Source: Schizochytrium sp. TIO01
Lineage: Eukaryota > Protista > Bigyra: Labyrinthulomycetes
DNA length: 64,000 nucleotides
Assembly: GCA_004764695.1 (NCBI GenBank)
Contig: SMSO01000031.1
Span: 2,766,436-2,830,435 of the forward strand
Direction of reading: 5' to 3'
Shown: one piece after another, positions 42,401 through 53,200 of the stretch
Layout: the number at the start of each line of letters is the position of its first letter
Numbering within the stretch: position 1 is the first letter of the stretch
Program-made: the position numbers and the translations under genes
Notes under the pieces: generated by a model
Told to the model about the DNA's origin: nothing
Database searches by the model: none
What the model saw: the letters and a program-made list of their open reading frames with translations, nothing else

Positions 42401-43152
42401 CACCTTCTTCCACACAAGAGAGCCACCTCGATGCAAACACGGGGATGGTTAGAGTAGCGAACCTTTCTTCAGGCACAGTTAGTAATACAGGGGAGACACG
42501 GGGCTTACAGCTTCCGCATCGGCATTTGGTGCCAGTGGAAGGCCCCAAATACAACCGAATTAAGGGTGCGAATACAGAAGAGGGACGTCGGACGCGTCTT
42601 GATACAAGCCTTCCACACTTTCACGTGCATGCTCCACCCAGGAAAGACAAGAATGTGGCTCGTTTGAGTTGTGCTATATGCTGCCGAATGTGTGCTTCTG
42701 ACAAGGATCATGAATATAGAATTGGACGCGGTACAAGTAAATGGTGCTCCGTTTGTCACGTTGCACTTTGCAAAAAATGTTTCCAGCCGTTTCATACTTT
42801 ACGTAACATACCAGTACCTAAATGCATTGCAACGAAGCAAATAAATGATGGTATAAGGAGTGACTTATCACTAGCCATTGGGCGTGACTTAGCCAACCGA
42901 GGCACTCATAATGGGGATAATCCTCATGATATATTAGAATCGGATGATATTCATAATACTGACCATCACCTGTCAGCTAGTGGAGCCTCTAGCACAGAGC
43001 ATCCCAATGATTTGAGCACTGGATCCTACACTGTCATTGCAGCGGTCGGGGCAACCGGTACTCGGCGGCTTTCACCCCCAATGCTAACTTATGCGGAGAG
43101 CACACCGACCCTTGCTCCAGGAGATAACACTTATAACCCAAGTTCGCTTTGA
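39454..43152 (+). CDS. piggyBac-transposase-derived protein (PGBD-like), probably domesticated and catalytically degenerate (1232 aa)
   Basis: C-terminal Cys-rich domain CAICCRMC...RGTSKWCSVCHVALCKKCFQPFH fits the piggyBac CRD pattern. It is preceded by ARYFLCHMYQSAYNAWRLY. N-terminal acidic tract, then DLVDFTQSVLL and LHEHCKASF...FLSLDS resembling the run-up to the first catalytic Asp. No TIR/TTAA ends seen. Confidence 0.62.
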   Translation: MSCDHALMRKGARRASAQTLSLMLEIDNRAQSLRMCNDDEFAEPNDLEQEDTDSGRSACKWQISTQSEFAARNLGLDLEPEDVYDSELDDRASKRESPAVTATSSKTPAPRVRAGDDDDLVLSSAQSEIHAVVSKICQHVNASKASEVGIETAFKYALPNGVFSLVKRHLQSALGEEDAMDDEAVSVQDLVDFTQSVLLTSAIEMPPDASTSSHSILSRHIKYGAVTRAVQVFRQFDEHYGNTTASGNDQDLLRLMTFINALDTTLHEHCKASFTSENQAFLSLDSVQTSFGLFRDGTDSNEKEVIDLCTSASSGLILWSMTRASKDKMQPRIITEIAHNVAATSFTRPEAPSSAAASAATASHITNTNANRSLSAVDTAVAYESSQIDRDKDVAEILPRFLLHDAKDSSLSDLLSNPDIQKSLADAQLVLLRSMPSNTASSLLNISPNGSDDAHHSISGPFCGSLVASNSGGLQLLCLEQNTHSSLRKGRFVWCGASCPSLASDWTLCFRRERSSEDPCAIRYPKSLPYEDLRGSMTMLIPGGSKGMSADWYFARLFRIDELFVSYLSEHLQTREVVRAWTHADDSFRAAKRRRVSNSNVTQDVPNKETFLRYAMQNWFPQRQLMLQRSSISITRAQALRENLAKVNWELGALEGIGFSVLREAPSNAVSQLVFGPLSLREHGTTMQQERVVLEFTSRFGQEFRESLQRAQHPKIWQDDQEEFCKIVPCEQTRIRIRHKCSVTDTRYALVVENEHIWALIMVTEASQIAIRDSMERIAHDYLDFAYTGKTYASGEFPYLGADVSKNYGGSCRHYNAENALSLWRACTNRDACSGLEGTFGKFLPRAAGLWELTMQMVPPPHEELQSASLHFDQQYSSASLSARYFLCHMYQSAYNAWRLYTLCSQYASIMHAKSYAQLQRALQPAYSFSAYLLALCTPTSESLFSYDPNTHSGVLATWGPATHENNLIAGGLLQNVGVMEPAPSSTQESHLDANTGMVRVANLSSGTVSNTGETRGLQLPHRHLVPVEGPKYNRIKGANTEEGRRTRLDTSLPHFHVHAPPRKDKNVARLSCAICCRMCASDKDHEYRIGRGTSKWCSVCHVALCKKCFQPFHTLRNIPVPKCIATKQINDGIRSDLSLAIGRDLANRGTHNGDNPHDILESDDIHNTDHHLSASGASSTEHPNDLSTGSYTVIAAVGATGTRRLSPPMLTYAESTPTLAPGDNTYNPSSL

Positions 43153-46100
43153 GATATTAGGGCCTTCCATTTGAATGGCCGTACACGGAAGGTTGCCTCT
43201 GCGTGGCGCAAGATTCGGTCTACGGTTTCCCGTTGCTCCTCAGAGCAATACTCAATCACCTCAAGCCCGATGCTTTTGGTTGTGAAATCCCTCATTGTTG
43301 TATTTTTATTTGCTGCAAAGTCTTTACCATACCAATAAACAATTTTTGGAAGTCCCACAATTAATTTGGAGGAGTCCAGTTTCAGTTGTTCCTTGAGAAA
43401 ATGCGCAGCAGCGGCATCAAGAAGTTTGTCCATTTGCGAGGGCGAGTTCAACACGACAATCTTACTGGCTGATGACTTGGTGCCGTAGTTGATGGCCAAA
43501 TTCAAACGAGGCTCAGCTGTGCGCAATTCTAAGAGACGAGTGAATCTGCTAGAGGGATAAGTTGTAGAGACCAAGGTACGTGCTAAGCTCATCGGTTTAC
43601 GAAGAATACAATGTTCGATCTCAGCGAGTGAGAGAACCATCGCTTGCCCACTTGGACCAGCCCCAATTGCATACGACACACGCGCTCCAAAAGAGGCCCA
43701 GCCAAGCAGGGACGAGGGCTGCCCGACAAGGTATTTCGCGTGAAGTCGAAGGGCATGGTATAGGTTAAGCGCAAAGCAGGTTAACTCCTCGTGTGTCATG
43801 ACTCGACTCCAGCCGTAAATGTTCAGCTCACGCAATTGTGCTGCCTGATCAAAGAATCTAATTTCCTCATCAATCGAAGAAGTCTCGCTCAATGATAAAG
43901 CCGTTCGAAGTAGAATACTGCTCAACTCCCATGGCTTCAAAGGCCATTTCTCTTCAAGATATTTGCGGGCATTAATTAAATCGTCACCAAGCACGTCGGC
44001 AGACTCGATGGACGCTAACCTTCCGTATGGACGAGCAGAGATGTGTGCCCAGTCGAGGTTATCCATAGCCACAGGGTCATGAATATCATCTTGGTCATGT
44101 GCTGAAGCGCTGCCATTGCTGCTTCCACCACCAAAACAGCCATTCAAGCTTCTTCCAGAGCCGGCCCCATTGGCGACAGGAGAAATACCTCGACGAGCAA
44201 AATCATTGTTGAAGAAGAGCTTGCGACAGTTGATAATGAGACGTTTCTGTGGGCCCCAACGACTTGACTCAAGCCCCAAAGAGTCGGTAGCCATATCAGA
44301 TGTCAGCAAAGTCTCACTATCATCTGCAACAACTGAGCCATCGCGCTCGTGACGTGAAGACTCAGAAAGCGACTTTTCGAACGACGAAAGCGGCATATCC
44401 GAAGGAAACCCAAGGATTAGAACCCGTCCTTTCGTGTGAATTTCGAGACAGGGGAAACGATCAGCAAAGGGAATGGTTGACGAATTGGTGATCTTGAGCA
44501 CATCGAGCATTCGCGATGCAGAAAGAACAGCAACAGGGGTTTTACTAAAACATTCGAAGAGAAGCAGGTACAGGACCTTACTGTTCTTACCTTGGATGAG
44601 TAAAGCCCACTGCTCTTGCCACTTCGTTTCCCATACAGGGCGCAGCACGACACTTTCAGCTACAATCGTGAAACGTGAGCCGTCGAGATATTTACTCGGT
44701 ACAACGACGTGCAGGTCTTCGCGTCGGCGCGCAGACAACAGTCGATGTTTAGACTTGATCCAGCTCGAAGATACAGGCATGGCTGGCGCAGCCACAAGGG
44801 CCTTATCGAGCTGCTCTCGCAAAGTCTCCCACTCCCAAACCTTTCTAGGTTTCTTCGTCATATCAGCTTCACAGTACTTTGCAAGGTCCCCCAATTTTGC
44901 AAAGTTTTCCCGCTGCTGCAGAACGAAATGTGTACCGTTCGCAGGGAAAACAGCAAACGAGACATTCTTTCGTTTATGCCCAGCGTGCTCAACCCAAGCT
45001 AAGACTATCAGATCTCGAGTTGTGAGGTTTTGGCTACCACTGCGAGGGGATTCGTTTAGCGATCCTGTTCGAGAGACATCATCCTCAGTATCTCGACTAT
45101 TTCTAGAGTACAAATCGTCTTCCTCTTCGATAACATCAAGGTCACCATCCACAGATGCACCGCCATCTTCGCTTACATAAAGTCCAACACTATTAACCTT
45201 AGCTCCGAGTCCTTTTCGCAAGTTTTCCCTACCGTTTCTCTCAGCAGCATACTTGTTTAGCCTCGAGGAGGAAGAGTCTGCTGACATGTCTCCACCGTCA
45301 CTCTGTTTTACAGAATTATTTTCAGGGCTTTGGCTCATAGATGAAGACACGTGACCCAGATTGACAACCGAATTTGATGAGTCAGGTTTTGGCGAATTTG
45401 ATTGGCCAGAATCCTTTTCACCACCAGGAATTTTAGTGTCTTCTGGGTAAATTACCGCAGGTTCATCTTTCTCACGCTTGTACCAGGTATTTGTAACGCA
45501 TAGTGCAAAATAATTCCGCTTGATACCTTCGTAATGATGTTTACCGGCATCTTCTGGAACATCATAGAGAATTAAATGTAGAGGCATGGTATCCCAAAAG
45601 AGGCTTAGATCAATATTGCCGAGTGCGCCAAGGTTAGTTACCTTCCATTCCACTACATCAAGATACATTGAGTGGACAGAGAATGTAAGAGTGTCACCAG
45701 CTTCGATGGTGACTTGCTGTCCATTCTTTTTGCGAGATTTAAGCTCTTCATGCGATTCCTCAATCTCATCATCGATATTTGGGACCTTTTCGCCTGCCTT
45801 CGTCAGTTTTAGCGTTGTGGCGCCAACAAAAACGGGAAACGAAATATGAGGCAATTCCTTTTGATCTTCTGGACCATCTAGACCCTTGCCAAAAGAATAG
45901 TTCATACCAGAACTAACCTTTCTTAGAATTGACAAGATGCCACGACAAAGACCTTTGGTGACCACTCCCAGCTGCATATCTCCAGGCACCTCACCACCAA
46001 GGTACAGGATACCACGAGGTGCAGACTGAAAGGTCAGCTGAAATTTGATTTCAAACCTGCGGCTCTTTCCATCGAAATAAGATGCATATGCTGGATCTTC

Positions 46101-46847
46101 ATCGTTCTTTACACGTAGAGCAATAATTGTCTGTCCTTTGACATGGGCATTCTCAAATGCTTGGGCGCCACCACGATAATTGGGATAAAATGTCCGTGGA
46201 CTTCCTTCCTTCAGATTGTTTGTAAATTCGATAAAAGGGAACGTTGGCGAGTTTGCGGCAATTTGATCCTCTGTTGAGCTTGAGTCTTGAGCAATGCTCT
46301 CAGATGCTGAGCCCGTAGCAAGCTTTCGGCTGCTACCTGAGCTAGAGTTGTCCTCGTCTTCATCTTCATATTCCTCCTCGCCATTATCGTCAATTGTGTC
46401 GTTTGTGTTAGACCCGGAATTTAAATAATCTTCATCATTTTCTGCTTCATGAAATTCTTGGTTTTCCTCTTCGTCATTCCTAGCTAATTTTTGGGGAACT
46501 TGAGCATTTTGCCCGATTCGCTTCTCTGTAAAGCTCATTTTATTGGACTTGGGCACGCCTCCTGCGCCCCATGAATCCATAAGAGACACTGAAGGGCTTC
46601 GCACGGAAGAAGAGATGGGCCGACCTCTCGCTGCGGTGTGCGTGGTAGTGGAGGAGCCTGTAGCTGCAACAGAGGAAGTACCAGAGCTCATATACATTGC
46701 TGGTGCCCTTGTTGTTGATGTATTCGTACTGTCATCTTCGGGATCTTCCGCTTTGCTGACAGTCATTCGTGCTGAAAGCCAGTTGATGAGCTGCATAATG
46801 AAGATGCCAAAGAGAGTGCCCACGGCAAGCCCCCACGCGAAATCCAT
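43131..46847 (-). CDS. Membrane-anchored multidomain protein: N-terminal TM helix, DUF1769-like domain, PH-like segment, C-terminal DUF547 (1238 aa)
   Basis: N-terminal AWGLAVGTLFGIFIMQLINWL. DUF1769-like FENAHVKGQ...YFDGKSRRFEIKFQ...LYLGGE...YSFG...PHISFP. DUF547-like CFALNLYHALRLHA, LSLAEIEHCILR, EPRLNLAINYGTKS, LPKIVYWYGKDF. Confidence 0.85.
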   Translation of the reverse strand: MDFAWGLAVGTLFGIFIMQLINWLSARMTVSKAEDPEDDSTNTSTTRAPAMYMSSGTSSVAATGSSTTTHTAARGRPISSSVRSPSVSLMDSWGAGGVPKSNKMSFTEKRIGQNAQVPQKLARNDEEENQEFHEAENDEDYLNSGSNTNDTIDDNGEEEYEDEDEDNSSSGSSRKLATGSASESIAQDSSSTEDQIAANSPTFPFIEFTNNLKEGSPRTFYPNYRGGAQAFENAHVKGQTIIALRVKNDEDPAYASYFDGKSRRFEIKFQLTFQSAPRGILYLGGEVPGDMQLGVVTKGLCRGILSILRKVSSGMNYSFGKGLDGPEDQKELPHISFPVFVGATTLKLTKAGEKVPNIDDEIEESHEELKSRKKNGQQVTIEAGDTLTFSVHSMYLDVVEWKVTNLGALGNIDLSLFWDTMPLHLILYDVPEDAGKHHYEGIKRNYFALCVTNTWYKREKDEPAVIYPEDTKIPGGEKDSGQSNSPKPDSSNSVVNLGHVSSSMSQSPENNSVKQSDGGDMSADSSSSRLNKYAAERNGRENLRKGLGAKVNSVGLYVSEDGGASVDGDLDVIEEEDDLYSRNSRDTEDDVSRTGSLNESPRSGSQNLTTRDLIVLAWVEHAGHKRKNVSFAVFPANGTHFVLQQRENFAKLGDLAKYCEADMTKKPRKVWEWETLREQLDKALVAAPAMPVSSSWIKSKHRLLSARRREDLHVVVPSKYLDGSRFTIVAESVVLRPVWETKWQEQWALLIQGKNSKVLYLLLFECFSKTPVAVLSASRMLDVLKITNSSTIPFADRFPCLEIHTKGRVLILGFPSDMPLSSFEKSLSESSRHERDGSVVADDSETLLTSDMATDSLGLESSRWGPQKRLIINCRKLFFNNDFARRGISPVANGAGSGRSLNGCFGGGSSNGSASAHDQDDIHDPVAMDNLDWAHISARPYGRLASIESADVLGDDLINARKYLEEKWPLKPWELSSILLRTALSLSETSSIDEEIRFFDQAAQLRELNIYGWSRVMTHEELTCFALNLYHALRLHAKYLVGQPSSLLGWASFGARVSYAIGAGPSGQAMVLSLAEIEHCILRKPMSLARTLVSTTYPSSRFTRLLELRTAEPRLNLAINYGTKSSASKIVVLNSPSQMDKLLDAAAAHFLKEQLKLDSSKLIVGLPKIVYWYGKDFAANKNTTMRDFTTKSIGLEVIEYCSEEQRETVDRILRHAEATFRVRPFKWKALISQSELGL

Positions 46848-49800
46848 AGTTTGTACAACAAATTAGTTCCGGTTTGTTTGCGCCAATTCCAGAAGTACTT
46901 TGGTTGTCAGAATTTCCAAGGCCTTACTTATTCCAATCGCTCGAGTTGAGTTCTTTCTCCTGCACTTCAAATCAAGCTTCGAGGTTAAGGTTTTGGCGAT
47001 TTCTAGCGGTGTGGATCAGCAAATCACCACGCTTTGTTGTTCAATTACTACCTCTTTATACTTATGAAAAAGGGAGGTAGGTAGTATGAATGATTCAGGC
47101 TTTGAATTGAAAGGGTACTGTGAGAGCCTCGTTTTGGATCGAAACCTCTTTCCGCTGCGCTGCCAAGCGAGCACCTTTGGCAAAGCAACGTTCGGCCGCG
47201 AGGAGGGGTTGCTTACCCTCCTGCGGCACCCAGACTTACCCGAGGCCGTGTCGTGCAAGTTCTGCGCTCTGCCTCACAAATGTCTGGGTAGGTGTTTCTG
47301 GTTTTGCTGAGGTTTTCGATCTCTACCTTTTCATTCTTTATATTAAATAATAATTTTTAATTTTTAAAAAGATAAAAGAAAGTAGGAGTAAGAAATAAAT
47401 CAACATAAAACAACTCAAAGTCAAAGACCCCGTTTTACAAAAGTCGTTATCTCAATAGAAACGATCTCGAACCAGCGTCAAATGTATTCATCCAAACCCT
47501 ATATCAGCACTGGTTATCTTTGCTCTTTGTTTTGCGACAGATCTAATCATCTATGCTGTGGCAGGTAGGTAGGTATGTAGATACAGATAAAGCTTGCTGA
47601 AAGCTTGTTGGAGAAAGCGTCATGAACTCAGGTAAAACTGCTAAGATTAGTTAGCATGTGTAAACAAACTCGACGTGTGGTTAAGCATTCCTTTCGACGT
47701 CGAACAGGCCTCGCACGGCCTGAGTCACAGAACTCCGACGACCTATACGAGATCTAGACGATTGCTTTCCACGTATAAAAGGGCACGCATGAGGAATCTT
47801 TGCAGGAGCTAACCCACAACTCGAAGAGGAGATCCTGATTAATTTGTGCGACGATGATGAACAAAAGAAAACAGGTAAATTATATTCACTCCATTCATCC
47901 TCTTACAACTTGAACTCTTTCCTATGATTTCAGGCATACACATTCCGTCTTTAATTCTTTCTTATCATGGTATTAGGATGATATACATATTGATCTTTGT
48001 AATTAAAAAAAAAATGAAGGCAAAGAAACCTCAAACATTGTATGCGTAGTACTACCTGCTCCAGCGCAGCTGACGCTGACTTACTGCTTCTCCGCGCCTG
48101 TTCTAATCTGGCAGAGGCCGTTTCTAGGCCCACTTAAGGCCCTGGATGAGGGTGGTCTTGCACCCCACCGAGCACCCCGTGCGATATAAGCGCGAATCGC
48201 CTTAATTGCGTTGGCGAACGGGTTCTCTGGAACGAGATCGTTGAATGAACGAATGGATTCTTTGAATGAACGTGAATTTCTTCAAAAACCTCTTCATACT
48301 GTTATTCTACAGTAGTGTAGAAGCTAAGACGCTATTACTACTTAGGCGGCTTGACCATTAGATATCCTATTTAGCAGTCATTGAATGGTGTTAATCTTCA
48401 ATAGAGACATTAAAAAAAAGTATTTTAATTGAAAAAAAGTTAAAGTGTAAAGGAGTAATGACGAAATCTAAATCATAAATTCTAGTCAAGACATGGACAT
48501 AACGAACTGCAAATCAGGTCCATAGAACTGCAATCGGCGAGCGAGAGAATGCATTGAGCAATAGAGTCAGCTAGGTCATTGTGCTTGGATGGAAACTCGC
48601 TTCGTCGAAGCGGACAGAGAAGAAATATTTGAAGTACCTGGTTTACATGATCAAGAGATGGTTTCCTCGTAGGGTGGAAGGCTAGTAGTAGTAGAAGAAC
48701 CAGCCTGCCACAGCGGTGGAGGAGGTGACATTTTGGTCGAGACTGGTGACCATCGCAGCATTGATAAACAGCTATTACTCTAATCAAATAAACCAAAGCA
48801 GTTAATCCTTGTGAGGCAAAACTGTCTTCACAGAAGAGCTCAGCTGCAGCCTTGAAGTACCTAGGGCAAACAGCTGGTGCTTTAGGGAACGAAAACCCGC
48901 CTGACATTGTTGATAACGCGGTGGCAGCTTACGTACTATGTGAATTTTCTTCAAGTGTGGAAAAGAAAGACTGCTCGAGAGCACATAACGAAGGTTTGGT
49001 CTTGTAATTTTGAGAAGAAGACAACGAGTACATTCACTCTAGATAAAGGTTATAGAAATGAACGGCTTGGCTCGCTCTGATAACTGGTGCATTTTTTTTC
49101 TTCTCTAAGATTGAGATTGCGTTGCACTAGTTAAGAGCCTCAATTTGGGGACATCAGACTATGCTCCCTCAAAACTCAAAGAAAAATAACTCTACTATTT
49201 CCTATTTCCATCGAAGGCTTATCAATAGTACCCCACGTAGTACAGCTTATCCCAGAGTGTCGCCAACCTTTCTGCCATGACCAAGTTGGCAGGTATATGA
49301 ACATGGAGTCAATGATGTATAAGTTTAGCGGTATCACAAGACTTCCCAAGCCAGCTTTTCGTAGGTACTAGCAGAGGAGATGGACATTACTTGTTTGCAT
49401 AATCCTAAAACTGGTACCTAAGTCCTTTCTCGCGCGCGCTGATTACAGCCCGTCTTGACAAGTAGCCCATCTGCATAGCTCCTGCAGCTATTGTAGTAAC
49501 AAATCAAGGCCAGCGCTTAATGATAAATCACTCCACCAGAAATCAGATTCGACCAAGACCTCATGGTACTGACCTTATCCGGTAATAAGCGCTGATAGAT
49601 AAATGAAAGACAGAGCGAGTTGAAGCAAAACCCATACCCATTAGTAAGCACTAGGTACCTACGTAGTATATATAAGTAGAGATTTGAATTTCGTTGGAAT
49701 TTTGGGTTGATTTTGTTCGAATTTGAATCATCATCGATTTGCTTATGGGAAGCGACGATCACAATCGATCACAGCCGAAGAGACCCTTGCCGAGCCCGAT

Positions 49801-50267
49801 CAAACTTAGAACTTGGATTGCCTTGGTAGGCAACTCCTGTCGCGGCACGACGCCGTTCTGCGTGCGCTGTGGCGGCGTTCAGGCCGCGCGAGCCCTGGCA
49901 GCTTGCCAGCCTGGGTTGGCCGGCGGCTCCATTTACTACTGTGCAGAGGACCGATCCTGGTGCTAGAGTTTCGAAAACGAACAAGCGTTTGATATTATAG
50001 TTGTGATCTCGTCAGGTCATATTCGAAACCTATCTCATTCCTCTTGATTCAAACTGTGTCAACGCTTTGTTCTTGGGTTCAGGCGTGTGAAACACTAGTT
50101 TGTACAAACTTCAACCTGCAGTAAATTACTAAATTCAAATCATTGCGTTGGATTCTATTGCCGCAGTTTGATCTGTTTCCAGGCTAAGAGATCCTTGCTC
50201 GTGAACGTCAGGCGAGAGTTTTGGAAAAGCTCAGTTGAATTTAACGTGTACTCTCTGATCTAAAACC

Positions 50268-53200
50268 ATGTTAGCGGACTACTTGATGGGCCCGCTGAAG
50301 CGGTATTTGACACAAATGCTTAGCACGAGTTTATCCAAATATATCTCAAATATCAACGTAGAGACCTTGGGCGTGGGCGGAGATATCATCTTACGCGACC
50401 TAGAACTACGTCTTGATGTCCTCCAAGAGGTTCTCAAGATTCCATTGACCTTTGAATTCTCCAGAGGCTTCATCAAGGAACTGCGTATTCAGATTCACTG
50501 GACTAAATTATTCTCGCAACCTATCCACGTCAAAGTTAGTACTATTGAAATTATTCTCACTGCTCGCAGTGAGATCCAATTTCGACGCCTTCAGCTTGCG
50601 TACCAGAGAAATACCTCAAAATTGGCTTCCCAAGGCACTGACTCACCAGCTCTGGGCGCAAGCATAGGAGGTGCGTCAGCTGACAGAAATGGCAGTTCTA
50701 CACCTCGTAAAAGCACAATCAACCCAACTACGTCCAAAAGTCCCCCTCGACCAAGCGAGCCGCGTATCGAGGACCCGAGCTTGGATGGCGGGGAGAGCGG
50801 TGGCTGGCTTGCTGATGCAATTCGTAAAGTCGTTGCCAACGCAACTGTGGAGATCAATGATCTTGTCCTCAAGTACGAGCATGCTAATGTAGTTTTATCC
50901 ACATCATTTAGATCACTTCGCGTAGCTTCCGCAGACCCAGGGCAAGATTGGAAGCTTTCATTTCAGGAACCGGAGGGGTTACAACGAAGCATCTTTAAAT
51001 CAATAGAAATGCGAGATTTGACAATTAATTTAGATCGCATTGCAAGCGAAAGCGTGCGGCGGGCATCTGGCTTTGGTAGCTCGATGACTCCTCGTGGTCT
51101 CAAGGGTGCATCAAGACATCGAGGAATCTCTGACTCTTCTGGAGAGAGTCTACTTGAGAACACACCAAAACGCGGTACAAATCGCAACAGGGGTACTTTT
51201 GAACTTCCGATTCTTCGCCGTGCGAGTATCTCAATTCGTGCCCGTGTTAGTACGGACCCTTTTGCCTCGCGCGCTTCAAGTTCAGCTGCACCTGGCCAAG
51301 GCAATGGCAGCGAGAGCTTTGCTTCTAGATCAGCTGCAGGAAGAGCAGCGGACGATGCTGCTCTGAAGTCTTCCTCTTCGTCATCCTCACTTTCTGTTGG
51401 AAGTCATCAGAATCCGAAACGAACAAGGAGTTTTGAGTCAAGAATGTCGATTCGTCGTTCATCGAGCGAAAATGGACATTTTGGCAAAGGTGATCCGCAT
51501 GGGAAACCTGTTCAAGATGCTGAAATTCCAGACACAAACCTTGACCCCTTCCATGGAGTGCCTTGCTTGCTACCACTTCTTTGCGAACCCGAAACAGAGT
51601 TGTGGAGAGCACGAAAAAATCATGATCCAGAACACCCCGAACTTGAGTGGGCCATTATCTCAATCGCTGATGTTTATGTGCGTAAGCTTGACCTGTCTGT
51701 TAGCAATGAGCAATTTGTCATGCTGGAAGAATTAATGGTTTTGCCAGATGAAGACGAGGAAGAGGAAGAAGTCAATAATAGCGTGGAAAGTGAATCCAAC
51801 AGCAAGCGAAAAGGAGTTCGTACAAGCATCGCTATTGATACTGAAGTAGATGTTAATACGAATGTAGAGGACAACCCAGACGAAGAAGATGCTATTGGTG
51901 GGCAGACGAACCCCCAGGACCCTGGTGACATGTCTGAACCCGAAGAGGCTCGTGCAGGTAGTGATTGTGACAATAACGATCGAACTGGGTCACCTGGGTC
52001 CAAGGAGGATAGTGCAGATGATACAGGCTCCAAGTCTAGCGAAGGCGATTTGGTTTCACCTTCTGCATCACAACAGGGCTGGGGAAGTTGGGCATGGGGA
52101 TTTCTTGTAGGTGATGTGGATGAAGAGTTAGATGATGTTGAAGTGGAGATGCTTTATGATGCAGCAGAGACCGCGAAGCGAAGAGAAGCAGCACGCATTA
52201 AAGCCATAAAGCTTGCTCGAGAAAGGAAGCGCCTCATCACCGTTGCAGGTGCTCGGGTGGAAACCATCACATTTACGTTTCTTATGCACAAAAATGTTAA
52301 CAACGTTTCAGATGGTGATGCTATAGACCCGAGGGATCCAACGGGAAGTGATGCAGATCAAATTATTTCTGTACCCGTCGCAAATGTTGGTATGGTACAA
52401 GTTCGCCTTGATCACTCTCAGGATGGTTCTCTTCTTGGTAGGGACAAATCACAACTTTCAAAATCCAATAAACTTGAGGAGCTTCTTCGCCTTTCTGTAC
52501 ACGGAATTACTCTTGAAGCCCGAAAGGTTGATGATCTAATTGAGAACCATCCCAAGGCGTTTGTAGACATTTATGCAGACGTCGACCTCGTGAGGGTGAC
52601 GCGCTATGAGCCGTCCACCTCTACTCATCATGATGTAGCGCTTTGGGGAGAGACCCCATTCAATGCAGCTGACAACACTTCTTCCTCGTCTCTACTAGAC
52701 ACAATGCCTCACCCGTGGTTCTGCTGGAGCTTTTTCCAAGCACCAAATGCAATGTTTAGCTACCCAGAACATTGCGAAAAGGAGTGTTGTGTTGGCTCTT
52801 CACTCTATCGTCGCTCTGATAAGGCGGTTAGATTCCACTGCCACGCCCCCACTGGTCAAATCATTGCACCTGAATCTTCTGGTAACCCAGCTGCTGATAC
52901 TAACACACCCGTTCTGGTGCCACCGACCACAGCAATCTATGTTGACACAGCTGTTGGTCCAGTCTCTTGTCGCGTTGATCTTTTGACAGTAGAGGGTTTG
53001 TATGAGTTTTTTGGGCTTTCGGCAGCATCACCAGATGATCTTGGCACAAGATCAGGTTTGCCTCAGTTTCGTAAAGGAACAGCTGGAGCTGCACTTAAGG
53101 AGCTTGCTGCAGAATATGCAAGCCTTACGAAACCTCAAAAGTTAAAGTCTGTGGCTCGCCCAATTGAAGCTCTTGCCACATTTCCTCGTGTGGTGGGGTC

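Noticed and set aside
44473-45180. 235-aa plus-strand ORF and other antisense/nested ORFs within long genes
   Set aside because: Shadow ORFs opposite well-supported CDSs, with no motifs of their own.
48150-48240. GC-rich stem-loop-like sequence considered as tRNA/ncRNA
   Set aside because: No T-loop (GTTCRA) or cloverleaf on either strand.
48482-49010. 141-aa minus ORF (with LRRSE, superficially like a tyrosine-recombinase motif) and a short open plus frame
   Set aside because: No further recombinase motifs and atypical composition; at most an unidentifiable relic.
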